Assembly (NCBI GenBank): GCA_965222115.1
Contig: CBDCTJ010000003.1
Span: 160,001 to 224,000 of the forward strand
Length of the DNA: 64,000 bases
Direction: 5' to 3'
Origin: Planctomycetota bacterium
GTDB lineage: Bacteria > Planctomycetota > PLA2 > JAEUHO01
Part shown: positions 10,058 to 19,704 of the stretch, in pieces
Numbering within the stretch: position 1 is the stretch's first letter
How the letters are laid out: each line of letters begins with the position of its first letter
Made by a program: the position numbers and the translations under genes
The notes under the pieces: model-generated
The model's database searches: none
Told to the model about the DNA's origin: nothing
Seen by the model: only the letters and a program-made list of their open reading frames with translations

Positions 10058-10897
10058 TCAGTTGTGAAGATGGGCGCCACATTGATGGCAGTAGTTGGCC
10101 TTGTGATCGTGGTCCTCGGCGCCGCATGAGGGACACGCTTGCGTGCTCACCGGTTTCAACGGCTCGGACCGCGCAAGCTCTACACTTACAATGCCCGTGG
10201 GAACGGCGATGATGCCGTAACCACAGATCATGACCAAGGACGCGATAAACTTGCCAAGCACGGTAATGGGCGCAATGTCGCCGTAGCCCACAGTGGTCAT
10301 GGTCACAATCGCCCAATAAACACTCTCTGGAATGCTCGTAAAGCCCGCCTCGGGGGGCTCGATGATGTACATGATCGTGCCGAGGATGAACACGAGCGCC
10401 ACCACACACACCAAGAACACGAGAATCTTGCGACGACTTGCCGCTAAGGCGCGCATGAGTAGGTCGGCTTCTACCAAAAAGTGGCCGAGTTTGAATACAC
10501 GAAACACGCGGAGCAGTCGCAGCACCCGAATGACCGCGAAGCTCGCCGAGCCGGGCCACAGGAATGTGAGCCACGTAGGCACGATCGCTAGAAGATCGAC
10601 GATGCCGTAAAAGCTGCGGGCATAGCGCAGAGGACGATCCACGCAGTAGAGTCGAAGGACATACTCCGCGGTGAATGCAATGGTGAGACCCCACTCAATC
10701 CTTGAGAGCAGATCGCCGTACCGCTCGCGAATCGCAGTCACGCTTTCAAGGCTGACAACAACAACGCTGGCCACAATGGCGATCAAAAGCGCGACATCAA
10801 ATGCCTTGCCCGCGGGCGTATCGGCCTCAAAGATGATCGTGTGCAGCTTGCGGCGCAGGCCGATATCTTGTGTGGGAGTCGTATCCACACGGGTCAC
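10058..10897 (-). CDS. Voltage-gated potassium channel (ion transporter) with C-terminal zinc ribbon
   Basis: S4 RVLRLLRVFRVFK, selectivity filter TMTTVGYGD, CPSC..CHQC tail. Confidence 0.93.
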   Translation of the reverse strand: MTRVDTTPTQDIGLRRKLHTIIFEADTPAGKAFDVALLIAIVASVVVVSLESVTAIRERYGDLLSRIEWGLTIAFTAEYVLRLYCVDRPLRYARSFYGIVDLLAIVPTWLTFLWPGSASFAVIRVLRLLRVFRVFKLGHFLVEADLLMRALAASRRKILVFLVCVVALVFILGTIMYIIEPPEAGFTSIPESVYWAIVTMTTVGYGDIAPITVLGKFIASLVMICGYGIIAVPTGIVSVELARSEPLKPVSTQACPSCGAEDHDHKANYCHQCGAHLHN

Positions 10898-10948
10898 AAT
10901 AGACCGCTCACATTGAGGTGCCAGAGAAACATTGCATTGGACGTCGAG

Positions 10949-11398
10949 TTAGCCTTCGGCGGACGGTTCGGCACCTTCATCGGTCGGTGTCGCAGGTCGC
11001 TGCGTCTTGCTCACGCGAATGGCCTTTGTAGCAATCAAGCTTTCGTCCGAGAGCAGGTGAAATTCATATGTTCCGGGACGCGGCAGCGTCACGTTTCGGA
11101 GCTGCGCCGAGAGCTCGGTGGTTTGTAGAGGGCCGGGGATGCTGATTTCCGGCGGACGCCCCTTACCCAACACCTTGCCTTCTTCGATGTCCACGAGGCG
11201 GATCTCGAACTTGTACTTCCCGCGCGCATTCGTGATGTTGGCATAGATCCACAGCACGGGATGCACCGCCGGAAAGCGATCCGAACGCAGTTCATGGAAC
11301 ACGCCCACAAGTGACTTCTTGCCGGTCTGCGCATCGTGAATTACGCAGTCGCAAACGAGAAATGCCTTCACAACAGGGTCGGGCTTGGCCGTACTCAT
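10949..11398 (-). CDS. DUF6941-like hypothetical protein
   Basis: AFLVCD.VI.D..TGKKSLVGVF and PGTYEF pattern. Confidence 0.7.
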   Translation of the reverse strand: MSTAKPDPVVKAFLVCDCVIHDAQTGKKSLVGVFHELRSDRFPAVHPVLWIYANITNARGKYKFEIRLVDIEEGKVLGKGRPPEISIPGPLQTTELSAQLRNVTLPRPGTYEFHLLSDESLIATKAIRVSKTQRPATPTDEGAEPSAEG

Positions 11399-11420
11399 CG
11401 GGCTTGAAACTCCATGCGAC

Positions 11421-12332
11421 CTACTTTCGAGCACCAAAGGTGCGCGAAGCATCCTGCAAGAACGAACGTTCTTCACTGGTCAACGCATCCATGCCATTCG
11501 CTGAAATCTTTGCCAAGAGCGCATCGACGCGTTCGCGCACACGCCCCCGATCGGACTCGGCCCCATCCGATTGGGTATCGCTTGCATTGGGTTCTGGCAC
11601 GCGCACACTCGTCTTTCGCCGTAACCGTTTGGCCGGCGCCCCGCCCGGAAGACGAGCTCCAAGTCGTGTCCACAACCACGCCAGACCGACCGCAGCCACA
11701 CACACAACGCCACCCATAGGCACAAACAGAGCGCCACGCGACAGTCCGCGTGTCGCGCGACCGAATGCCACTTCTGTCGTCGCAATGCCCAGAATCAACA
11801 CGCCCGCCACCACGAAGAGCGGAACGTTGAAGAGACCGAAGGGTCGCACGTTGTCTCGCGGCCGATGGATCGCCGCAATGGCAAGAAGCATACAGAGCAA
11901 TGCATCCATGCCGACCGCCGCTCGTACCGGTCCACCCATGGCGAGTCCGATCACGGCATACATAAGCGCCAACACCACCATCGAGCCAAGGCAACACCAG
12001 AGATAGCGCCCGCGACCGAGCAGCGCTTCAACACGACGCCCCACCCAAAAGAACACGAGCATGTTGAAGAGTAGGTGGCCTACTTGAGGCAGGTGTAACC
12101 ACGGCGCGGTAAACAAACGCCATAGCTCACCCCCGCGCAGCGTGGCTTGAGGCTCCAACGTCAGGTGGGTAAAGATCCAGCGACCCGCGGGACTGCCCGA
12201 CCGCGCCATGCCTGCACTCACTACCCACACCACCACATAGACCGCCATCAAGACCAACGTGACGCGACCCGCTGCCGCCATTTCGGCCACAGTCGAGCGC
12301 TCTCGGATGTAGTCGCGGTCGTGAATGCCCAT
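11421..12332 (-). CDS. Rhomboid-family membrane protein with DUF6576-like tail; catalytic dyad apparently absent
   Basis: MGIHDRDY start, ELWRLFTAPWLH, HLLFNML, C-terminal VDALLAKIS..GM..LT.EER.FL. Confidence 0.85.
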   Translation of the reverse strand: MGIHDRDYIRERSTVAEMAAAGRVTLVLMAVYVVVWVVSAGMARSGSPAGRWIFTHLTLEPQATLRGGELWRLFTAPWLHLPQVGHLLFNMLVFFWVGRRVEALLGRGRYLWCCLGSMVVLALMYAVIGLAMGGPVRAAVGMDALLCMLLAIAAIHRPRDNVRPFGLFNVPLFVVAGVLILGIATTEVAFGRATRGLSRGALFVPMGGVVCVAAVGLAWLWTRLGARLPGGAPAKRLRRKTSVRVPEPNASDTQSDGAESDRGRVRERVDALLAKISANGMDALTSEERSFLQDASRTFGARK

Positions 12333-12487
12333 GCGGTGTCCTGGCGAAGCGTTGCGCCCGAGTTTCACGGCGATTTGCGCGTCCGAAAAGCGGGAACCGG
12401 CCTTCCATTCACCTTACTCCCTCCATGAGCGACTTCGTGCTGGTGCCACAGGTGGTCGCGACCGCCACGTGCCCCGATACTCCGCGC

Positions 12488-13405
12488 ATGACCACCTCGT
12501 CGAAGCCACACATCTTGGATGGCCGCGCGCTCGCCGCGGAGATTCGCAAGGAATTCGCGCCCCGCGTGGAGGCGCTTGTCGCATCGAGACGCCGACCACG
12601 ATTGGTGGTTGTCGAAGTGGGTGAAGATGAGGCGGCGCGCGCGTACTTGCGCGGTCAGCGACGGGGCGCCGAGCGCTGGAACATTGGATTTCGGCGGCTC
12701 ACCCTGCCTGCCGAATCTACCGAGCGCAGCGTTGCGCGTGCGATTCGCTCGCTCAACAACGACGACACGGTCACCGGCATTTTGCTTTCCATGCCCCTCC
12801 CCCCTGGCCTCGGCGCGCGCACGCTGCAACGGACGATTGACCCCGAGAAGGACGTCGAGGGCGTTCATCCCGAAAACCTGGGTGGGTGCCTCTACGGACG
12901 CTATGGGCTATTGCCGTGCACTGCGCTTGCGTCGATGGCCTTGATCGAAGCAAGCGGTGTCCCCCTGCAAGGCAAGGAAGCCGTCGTGGTCGGCCATAGC
13001 GAGATTGTTGGCAAACCACTGAGCCTGTTGCTTCTGGCACAAGACGCCACCGTCACCACGTGTCACAAGTTCACCGCAAACCTCGCTGCTCACACGCGAC
13101 GCGCCGATGTACTCGCCGTCGCCGTCGGCAAACCGGACCTTATTCGTGTAGACATGGTGAAAGAAGGCGCCGTCGTCATCGACATTGGCATTAACGCCGT
13201 CACTCACCCCGACGATTCCGCAAAGATGCGCATTGTAGGAGACGTGGCGTTTGATGAAGTGGCCGCGAAGGCGGCCCACATTACGCCTGTTCCCCGTGGC
13301 GTGGGGCCCGTTACGGTTGCGATGTTGATGCGTAACACAGTGCTAGCGGCGGAGGGCATGCCGCCGTTGGATGATCCGAATCAGTTGCCTTTGTTTCAGG
13401 TCTAG
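12488..13405 (+). CDS. folD: Methylenetetrahydrofolate dehydrogenase/cyclohydrolase family protein
   Basis: ILDGRALA, PLP, KDVEG, PCT, GHSEIVGKP, DATVTTCH, IDIGIN, VGDV, ITPVPRGVGPVTVAMLM. Confidence 0.93.
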   Translation: MTTSSKPHILDGRALAAEIRKEFAPRVEALVASRRRPRLVVVEVGEDEAARAYLRGQRRGAERWNIGFRRLTLPAESTERSVARAIRSLNNDDTVTGILLSMPLPPGLGARTLQRTIDPEKDVEGVHPENLGGCLYGRYGLLPCTALASMALIEASGVPLQGKEAVVVGHSEIVGKPLSLLLLAQDATVTTCHKFTANLAAHTRRADVLAVAVGKPDLIRVDMVKEGAVVIDIGINAVTHPDDSAKMRIVGDVAFDEVAAKAAHITPVPRGVGPVTVAMLMRNTVLAAEGMPPLDDPNQLPLFQV

Positions 13406-13583
13406 CAGCGTCTCGATTCGGGCGAGATCACCCTTCTCTGAACCTGAATCTTCATCTGTTTCCTCACTCTCTATCCTTCACCAACTCGCAATCATTGAGC
13501 AGCACGCGCACGTTCATGTGATCGCTACCAAAGTCAGGGCCGGGCGAACGATCCACCGCCAGCTTCGAAGTTGGTACAAAACG

Positions 13584-13616
13584 AAAAAATCCGGCGCCCC
13601 GGGAGGAAGCGCCGGA
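13584..13616 (-). terminator. Intrinsic terminator downstream of the porin gene
   Basis: TCCGGCGC/GCGCCGGA stem followed by T6 on the minus strand. Confidence 0.75.
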
Positions 13617-13737
13617 ATCCCATGAATCAGGCGGGAGAGAAACATAAACATGCGCGCAAGTGCACATTCATGAATCGATGAGGGTTCGAGGGTCGAACCC
13701 GAAATCATTTATCTATGCGTTCTACGAGTCGACGTGT

Positions 13738-15090
13738 CTACCAGTCAACTTGGAAACGCATACCGAAAGCGGAGAAGTCTTCGTCGCCACCGACGCCCAC
13801 GAGGCCACCATCCTGAACGTTGCCGATGATGTAGTTGGCCATAATGCGTGCGTTCGGTGTGAGGTGCCAGTTGACGCCCAACGTGATGAGTGTCTGTTCG
13901 CCGCCAGCAACATTCCCGTCGTTGAGATCGAGAACGTCGTAACGCGCCGCAACTTCCCAGCCACCCTTGCAGCAACAATCCTCATCCAAGAAGTCGCAGC
14001 AAGGCTTTACGCGACTAAACAGTCCCTTCTTGTATTTGCGACACTCGCCCGTGAGCCAGTAGCTCGCTTGTACGTAGTAACCGCTAAAGGTTGGGTCATC
14101 TGCAAGCCCTGAGTCCACGCTGGCACTGAAGTACTCTGCCTGAACCGACCATGGGCCGTACACAAGCGCGGTTTCCAGACCCCAGACCAAGTAGTCTTCG
14201 GCATCCTCGCCGGCGACATCGCCCGGAATCGTTCCGGTATTCACCAATCGCGTGTCATCGATATGAAGACCCGGACGTGCGCGGAAGCGTACGCGAGATG
14301 TGTCATGGCGACTCGTCACCGAAGCGCCGATGTGCCACAGTTTGCAATCACATGAGCAGTCCATCCAGGGCGTGTAGCCGACGCGAGCCGTGATTCCATA
14401 GCCATCGTCTTCCCAGATGTTGGCGCCTTCGTCACCCGCAACACCAGGCGTTGCACCACCGAAGAAGCCCACGCCATAGTTCAGCTGACCACCGAGAAGT
14501 GAATCGTAGAGCATGACGCCTGCGTTGCGAGACGGTGCGAATGCGTTGGTAGACGCCGCGCGTTCCATGAAGGTGATGTACTTAGAACTTGTCTGCGCTT
14601 CCAACCCAAACGGCTCAAAAAAGTGACCGACGCGGAAGTTGGGCACGCCACATCCCCAACACTCGCGCAGGTGATTGAAGTCGATGTAGAGGTCCTTGAA
14701 CGAAACATCGCCATCGGCAAAGTCGAGCTGCGACTTAAAGCCAATGTGTTTGCTGATCTGACCAGCAAAGTAGATTCGTGCCCGACGGAACTCGACGCCG
14801 TCTTCGAGATCAATGTTCAGTGGCGGATCCTCGAGGTCATCGTCCCCGTAAAATCCAAAGTCCACCATTAGGCGTCCGCCCATCTTGAGCTTGACATCGC
14901 CTGCGTCCATGCGGATCCCGTTCTTCCAGTACACCCGGAAGTCGCCTTTTCCGCCGCCGCCATGCTCTTTCATGTACGACTTGATTTCTTCCTGAACGAT
15001 CGAGCGGACGTCGTCGTCGGCTCTTGCTTCCTGCGGCCACGCCACCAAACCGATGGTGGCGACCACGAAGCACAATGCAATTGCGCGCAT
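13738..15090 (-). CDS. OprO/OprP-family phosphate-selective porin with Cys-rich inserts
   Basis: Signal peptide, GVEFRRARI, GHFFEPFGLE..TSSKYITFMERA, QAEY, GYYVQASYWLTGE, WEVAARY, TLGVNW, C-terminal RFQVDW. Confidence 0.92.
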   Translation of the reverse strand: MRAIALCFVVATIGLVAWPQEARADDDVRSIVQEEIKSYMKEHGGGGKGDFRVYWKNGIRMDAGDVKLKMGGRLMVDFGFYGDDDLEDPPLNIDLEDGVEFRRARIYFAGQISKHIGFKSQLDFADGDVSFKDLYIDFNHLRECWGCGVPNFRVGHFFEPFGLEAQTSSKYITFMERAASTNAFAPSRNAGVMLYDSLLGGQLNYGVGFFGGATPGVAGDEGANIWEDDGYGITARVGYTPWMDCSCDCKLWHIGASVTSRHDTSRVRFRARPGLHIDDTRLVNTGTIPGDVAGEDAEDYLVWGLETALVYGPWSVQAEYFSASVDSGLADDPTFSGYYVQASYWLTGECRKYKKGLFSRVKPCCDFLDEDCCCKGGWEVAARYDVLDLNDGNVAGGEQTLITLGVNWHLTPNARIMANYIIGNVQDGGLVGVGGDEDFSAFGMRFQVDW

Positions 15091-15344
15091 AGGGACTCCC
15101 TCCTTAAGAAACGTCCTTGCGCATTCAGTCTAGGTTTTGAAAACAACTCGCCAAAAACCAAATAGACACTGAAATATGAACATTTGAAGTAGGTCGGGCG
15201 CTATGGGCCGTTGGGACCGGCGCCTACGTCCCGCTGCATTCCCGACGCCGATACGAGGTCAATGTTCAATCGGCACGGGCCATGCCGTGCGGCGTATACG
15301 GGCCATGCCGGATGGTGCACACGGGCTGCGTCCATGGTTTTGCG

Positions 15345-15390
15345 ATCTTCTCGCAGTCTTTTCACAATCTTCTCGAAATCTTCTCACAAT
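15345..15390. promoter_or_regulatory. Four tandem 11-bp direct repeats; putative OmpR/PhoB-type binding array upstream of the porin
   Basis: ATCTTCTCGCA GTCTTTTCACA ATCTTCTCGAA ATCTTCTCACA in the porin-tkt intergenic region. Confidence 0.6.
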
Positions 15391-15651
15391 ACGTCTGCCG
15401 ACACACTACGTCCGCAAACACACTGGGAGCGAGATCCAATCGCGTCATTCGATCGTTACGCATGTAGCCCCGCGTGTTGCCCGATGAATACGCATTGGAA
15501 ACGGGGAGCATGGATACAGATTATGATTCAGCTTCGGAGAAGGATCCTGCTTCTACGCTGAACCTGAGCCGCTTGCCCTACCCAACGTCTAGGTGCTATC
15601 GCAGTTCGTCGCGGTGATACGAACGTGACAATACGGAGGGGTTGTGTCGAC

Positions 15652-17754
15652 TTAACGCTGCTCGCTCTGCGCAAGCGCTTGACGCACCGTATGGCAAACA
15701 CCGTCAACATGGAATCCGTAGTCGCGGAACAGCTCTGTGGCAGGTGCGCTCGCCCCAAATCGGTCCACACCCACAATCGCGCCGTGACGGCCCACCCAGC
15801 GATGCCAGCCAAAACTTGCGCCCGCCTCCACGGCAATGCACACATCGCAACCGCCGAATACCGCTTCGGTGTCGGATTGCGACTCGAATTGCTCCCAACA
15901 GGGCATAGACACGACACGAGCGGCAATCCCCTCCTTCTTGAGTGCTGCTGCCGCGTCGACTGCAAGGCCAACTTCGGATCCCGTGGCAATGAGTACCGCA
16001 TCGGGCCGTACGGCACCCTCGACGACGATGTAGGCGCCGTTCTCAACGCCTGCCGCGGGCGGGGTCGCGGGCGATTCAATTGGTGCTGTGCGCTGACGCG
16101 TGAGAATGAGCGCCGTAGGACCCTCGCGCTTGAGTGCCAATCGCCATGCCGCGGCGGTCTCGACCGAGTCCGCAGGCCGGACGACGTGAAGACCGGGCAT
16201 GGCACGCAAGCTGGCCACATGCTCGATGGGTTGATGGGTGGGCCCGTCCTCCCCCACGCCCAACGAGTCGTGCGTGAACACGTAAATCACTGGAAGCTTC
16301 ATGAGCGCCGCCAAACGAATGGAAGGGCGCATATAGTCGCTAAATACAAGGAACGTGCCGCCGTACGGACGGAATCCTCCATGCAGCGCCATGCCGTTGA
16401 GAACGCCGCCCATGGCGTGTTCGCGAATCCCAAAATGAATCGTGCGTCCACTGAAATCTGCGCGCGACACGTCGCCGGATCCCTTGATGGTGGTCTTGTT
16501 GGAGCCCGCGAGATCGGCGGATCCACCCACCAACGCCGGGATAACGCTACCGAGTTTGTTGAGTACACGACCCGATGAGGCGCGCGTGGCTTCTGCACCT
16601 TGCGGACCCTTCATTTCACCGGCAATGGTGTCTTCCCAGCCAGTTGGCAACTCGCCGCGAACATCGCGCAAGAATGCCTTTGCTTTGTCTGGGTTGGCCT
16701 CTGAATAGGCGGTGTACTGCTTGTCCCATGCGTCCCGCAACGCCTCGCCGCGCCGACCCATCTCATGCATATGCGCTCGAACCCGCTCGGGGACGAAGAA
16801 CGTGGCATCCTCGGGCCAGCCGAGCGCCTTCTTCGTGAGGGCAATTTCTTCTTCGCCAAGTGGGGCACCGTGGGCCGATGACGTGTCTTGCTTGTTGGGA
16901 CTCCCGTGGCCAATGTGGGTGCGGCAGATAACGAGCGTGGGTCGATCCGATGAAATCGCAGCGTCAATCGCGGCACGATACGCCGGGAGCCCTTGGTCTT
17001 CTTCATCGACCGAGGCGCTCGTTACATGCCAACCGTAGCTCTTGAATCGCGCGCCTACGTCCTCAGAGAATGACAGATCGATACCGCCATCGATGGTGAT
17101 GCGGTTGTCGTCCCAGAACACACAGAGCTTTTTTAGACGCAGATGCCCCGCAAGACTCGCTGCTTCACATGCGACGCCTTCCATCAGATCACCGTCGCTG
17201 GCAATGACCCACGTGCGGTGGTTGACAACGGCGTGCTGCTCGGTGTTGTAGCGTGACGCAAACATCTCTTCAGCGAGCGCCATGCCAACGCCATTCGCGA
17301 CTCCCTGTCCCAAGGGTCCGGTTGTGGTTTCGACACCGGGCACTTCGCGGTACTCAGGATGACCTGCGGCCGGACTATGCCGTTGCCGGAACGCTTTGAT
17401 GTCATCCAAACCAAGTTCGTAACCGGTGAGATGGAGCATGGCATACTGCAACATGCTTGCGTGCCCGCAAGACAAGATGAATCGATCGCGGTCGATCCAA
17501 TCCGGATTCGCGCTCGTGTACCGCATCCCGTATGTCCAAAGCGCATAGGCAAGCGGTGCAAGTCCCATGGGCGTTCCAGGATGCCCCGAACGCGCCGCCT
17601 GCACAGCGTCCATACTCAGACAACGAATGGTGTCGATGGTTAGGCTAGCGACATCGCGATCCTTGACGGCCCGTTCGAAACTCGACGCATCAGATGACAC
17701 CGCTGCTTCCTCCGATATCGCTGTGCTCCGCGACTGCTTTCGTCCCTGTTCCAT
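15652..17754 (-). CDS. tkt: Transketolase
   Basis: SGHPGTPMG, RDRFILSCGH, TTGPLGQG, DGDLMEG, GGSADL, FGIREHAM, THDSLGVGEDGPTHQP, RVVSMPC, FGASAP. Confidence 0.97.
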   Translation of the reverse strand: MEQGRKQSRSTAISEEAAVSSDASSFERAVKDRDVASLTIDTIRCLSMDAVQAARSGHPGTPMGLAPLAYALWTYGMRYTSANPDWIDRDRFILSCGHASMLQYAMLHLTGYELGLDDIKAFRQRHSPAAGHPEYREVPGVETTTGPLGQGVANGVGMALAEEMFASRYNTEQHAVVNHRTWVIASDGDLMEGVACEAASLAGHLRLKKLCVFWDDNRITIDGGIDLSFSEDVGARFKSYGWHVTSASVDEEDQGLPAYRAAIDAAISSDRPTLVICRTHIGHGSPNKQDTSSAHGAPLGEEEIALTKKALGWPEDATFFVPERVRAHMHEMGRRGEALRDAWDKQYTAYSEANPDKAKAFLRDVRGELPTGWEDTIAGEMKGPQGAEATRASSGRVLNKLGSVIPALVGGSADLAGSNKTTIKGSGDVSRADFSGRTIHFGIREHAMGGVLNGMALHGGFRPYGGTFLVFSDYMRPSIRLAALMKLPVIYVFTHDSLGVGEDGPTHQPIEHVASLRAMPGLHVVRPADSVETAAAWRLALKREGPTALILTRQRTAPIESPATPPAAGVENGAYIVVEGAVRPDAVLIATGSEVGLAVDAAAALKKEGIAARVVSMPCWEQFESQSDTEAVFGGCDVCIAVEAGASFGWHRWVGRHGAIVGVDRFGASAPATELFRDYGFHVDGVCHTVRQALAQSEQR

Positions 17755-17925
17755 ACCGTCGCTCCATTCGAATCAAGCGCGAATCGCGCCAAAGTCGAGC
17801 AATCACCCGCGCGCGTATCGTTCCCTGCCTTGCGAGGGATTCTAGTCCTCCCCGGCCCCATGGAATCACTCGCGCCACCGCCTCCCTCCAGTCCACCCCA
17901 CGGGCAACGCTGACCCCTCAACTCC

Positions 17926-17966
17926 AAAAATAAAGCTGACCCCACGCCCTAAGACGCGGGGTCAGT
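17926..17966 (-). terminator. Intrinsic terminator downstream of the Cys-rich repeat lipoprotein gene
   Basis: CTGACCCC/GGGGTCAG stem followed by TTTATTTTT on the minus strand. Further hairpins lie at about 17974-18050. Confidence 0.7.
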
Positions 17967-18093
17967 AATTCGTGCCGAGGCGTTGTACGGGCCACCTCGG
18001 CCCGAGAGAAGCCTCAGTTCGCCCCGCGGCGTCTTACAACGCCGCGAAGCGGACTATCAAAGCGATTATCGCTGGTTCGTTAGCTACCGACTG

Positions 18094-19704
18094 CTAGTTG
18101 CAGGGAGAGCATAGCCCGGGGACCTCGCAGCCGGGGCTACGACGCCATTCCCAGCGGGAGGGCGCAACCATACGACGGGTCGTACGAGTCGCGTACTCGG
18201 CGGGAATCGGGATGCAACGCGTACGCGCAGGCGTAACGACGTATTGCTCAGCAACTTCGCGGTACTCAGCAGGAATGACTTCCTGGCGGCAGCTTGCGGG
18301 CTTCACCATCACACGCTCCATGACCGTCTTGTATTCGGCCGGGATCGGGATCTGGCGGGTGCTCGCGGGGCGAACGAGAACCTGCTTGGTACGTGTACCG
18401 TACTCAGCGGGAATGGTTTCCGTGCGGCAGCTTGCGGGCTTCACCATCACACGCTCCATGACCGTCTTGTATTCGGCCGGGATCGGGATCTGGCGGGTGC
18501 TCGCGGGACGAACGCAAACCTGCTTGGTGCGCGTGCCGTACTGGGCGGGAATCACTTCCGTACGGCTGCTAGCCGGGCGAATGCAATAGCGCTCCTGAAC
18601 GGTGCGATACTCGGCGGGGATGGTCTCGGTGCGGCAGCTTGCCGGACGAACCAATACGCGCTCCTGAACAGTATTGTACTGAGCGGGAATGGTCTCGGTG
18701 CGGCAGCTAGCGGGACGCACACAAACCTGACGGGTAACCGTCCGGTACTGCGGCGGGCACTGCTGAAGCTGCCAGCAATCACCACGGGTTTCGCCGGGAT
18801 TAACACCGCCACCCGTCTGGCAATCAATACGACGCCACTGGGTGGAACCGGGGCTGACCATGACCTGCTGCGACTGCGTGGTGTATTCGGCAGGAATCGG
18901 AATCTGACGAGTGCTCGCCGGACGTACGCAAACCTGCTTCGCACGCATTGTGTACTCGGCAGGAATCGGAATCTGGCGAGTGCTCGCCGGACGCACGAGA
19001 ACCTGCTTGGTACGTGTACCAAACTCAGCGGGAATCGGAATCACGCGAGTGCTCGCCGGACGAATGCAGTAGCGCTCTTCGACCGTGTTGTACTGCGCGG
19101 GAATCGTTTCGGTACGGCTGCTAGCCGGACGCACACAAACCTGCTTCGGACGCATTGCGTATTCAGCGGGGATCGGAATCTGACGAGTGCTCGCCGGACG
19201 AATGCAGTAGCGCTCTTCGACCGTCCTGTACTCGGCGGGAATCGTTTCGGTGCGGCAGCTTGCCGGACGAGCCAAAACCTGCTTCGGACGCATTGCGTAT
19301 TCAGCGGGAATCGGAATCTGGCGAGTGCTCGCCGGGCGGACCATGACGCGACGCGTACGCGTGCCCATCACAGCAGGAATCGTCTCTTGACGCTGCGAAG
19401 CTGGACGCACGCAAACCTGGACGGGAACGTCCTGATATTGCGCAGGTACCATTACGCGGCACCATGCCTCGCCGGGACGTGCTTGCGGCGGAAGGTCACC
19501 AGGACCTCCAGTTACGCCAGCAACCTGACCGACAGGCATTGTACCAACAGGCATCGCCGGACCGCACGCAGGCGGTTCGGGATCGGGAGACGGGCTCGCG
19601 TTAAGCGAGCACGTGTTGCAGGTAGGAAATAGGTCAACGCCGCAACAACCAGCGAGGACCGTGCAGAGACCCACAACGAACAAGGTGAAAATCCCTCGTC
19701 GCAT
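18094..19704 (-). CDS. Cys/Pro-rich lipoprotein with 18 copies of a 23-aa repeat (9+9 around a central loop)
   Basis: GAGGAGGG RBS, lipobox VLAG-C20, repeat PAxYxxxxxxVxVRPASxRxxxI visible at protein and DNA level. Confidence 0.92.
   Translation of the reverse strand: MRRGIFTLFVVGLCTVLAGCCGVDLFPTCNTCSLNASPSPDPEPPACGPAMPVGTMPVGQVAGVTGGPGDLPPQARPGEAWCRVMVPAQYQDVPVQVCVRPASQRQETIPAVMGTRTRRVMVRPASTRQIPIPAEYAMRPKQVLARPASCRTETIPAEYRTVEERYCIRPASTRQIPIPAEYAMRPKQVCVRPASSRTETIPAQYNTVEERYCIRPASTRVIPIPAEFGTRTKQVLVRPASTRQIPIPAEYTMRAKQVCVRPASTRQIPIPAEYTTQSQQVMVSPGSTQWRRIDCQTGGGVNPGETRGDCWQLQQCPPQYRTVTRQVCVRPASCRTETIPAQYNTVQERVLVRPASCRTETIPAEYRTVQERYCIRPASSRTEVIPAQYGTRTKQVCVRPASTRQIPIPAEYKTVMERVMVKPASCRTETIPAEYGTRTKQVLVRPASTRQIPIPAEYKTVMERVMVKPASCRQEVIPAEYREVAEQYVVTPARTRCIPIPAEYATRTTRRMVAPSRWEWRRSPGCEVPGLCSPCN

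Noticed and set aside
9816-10694. Upstream part of ORF 9663..10694
   Set aside because: It overlaps the K+ channel gene in another frame. Only the part from ATG 9815 looks coding.
18244-19632. Long plus-strand ORF (462 aa) with repeats
   Set aside because: It is an antisense shadow of the repeat lipoprotein gene, which has the RBS, lipobox and terminator.
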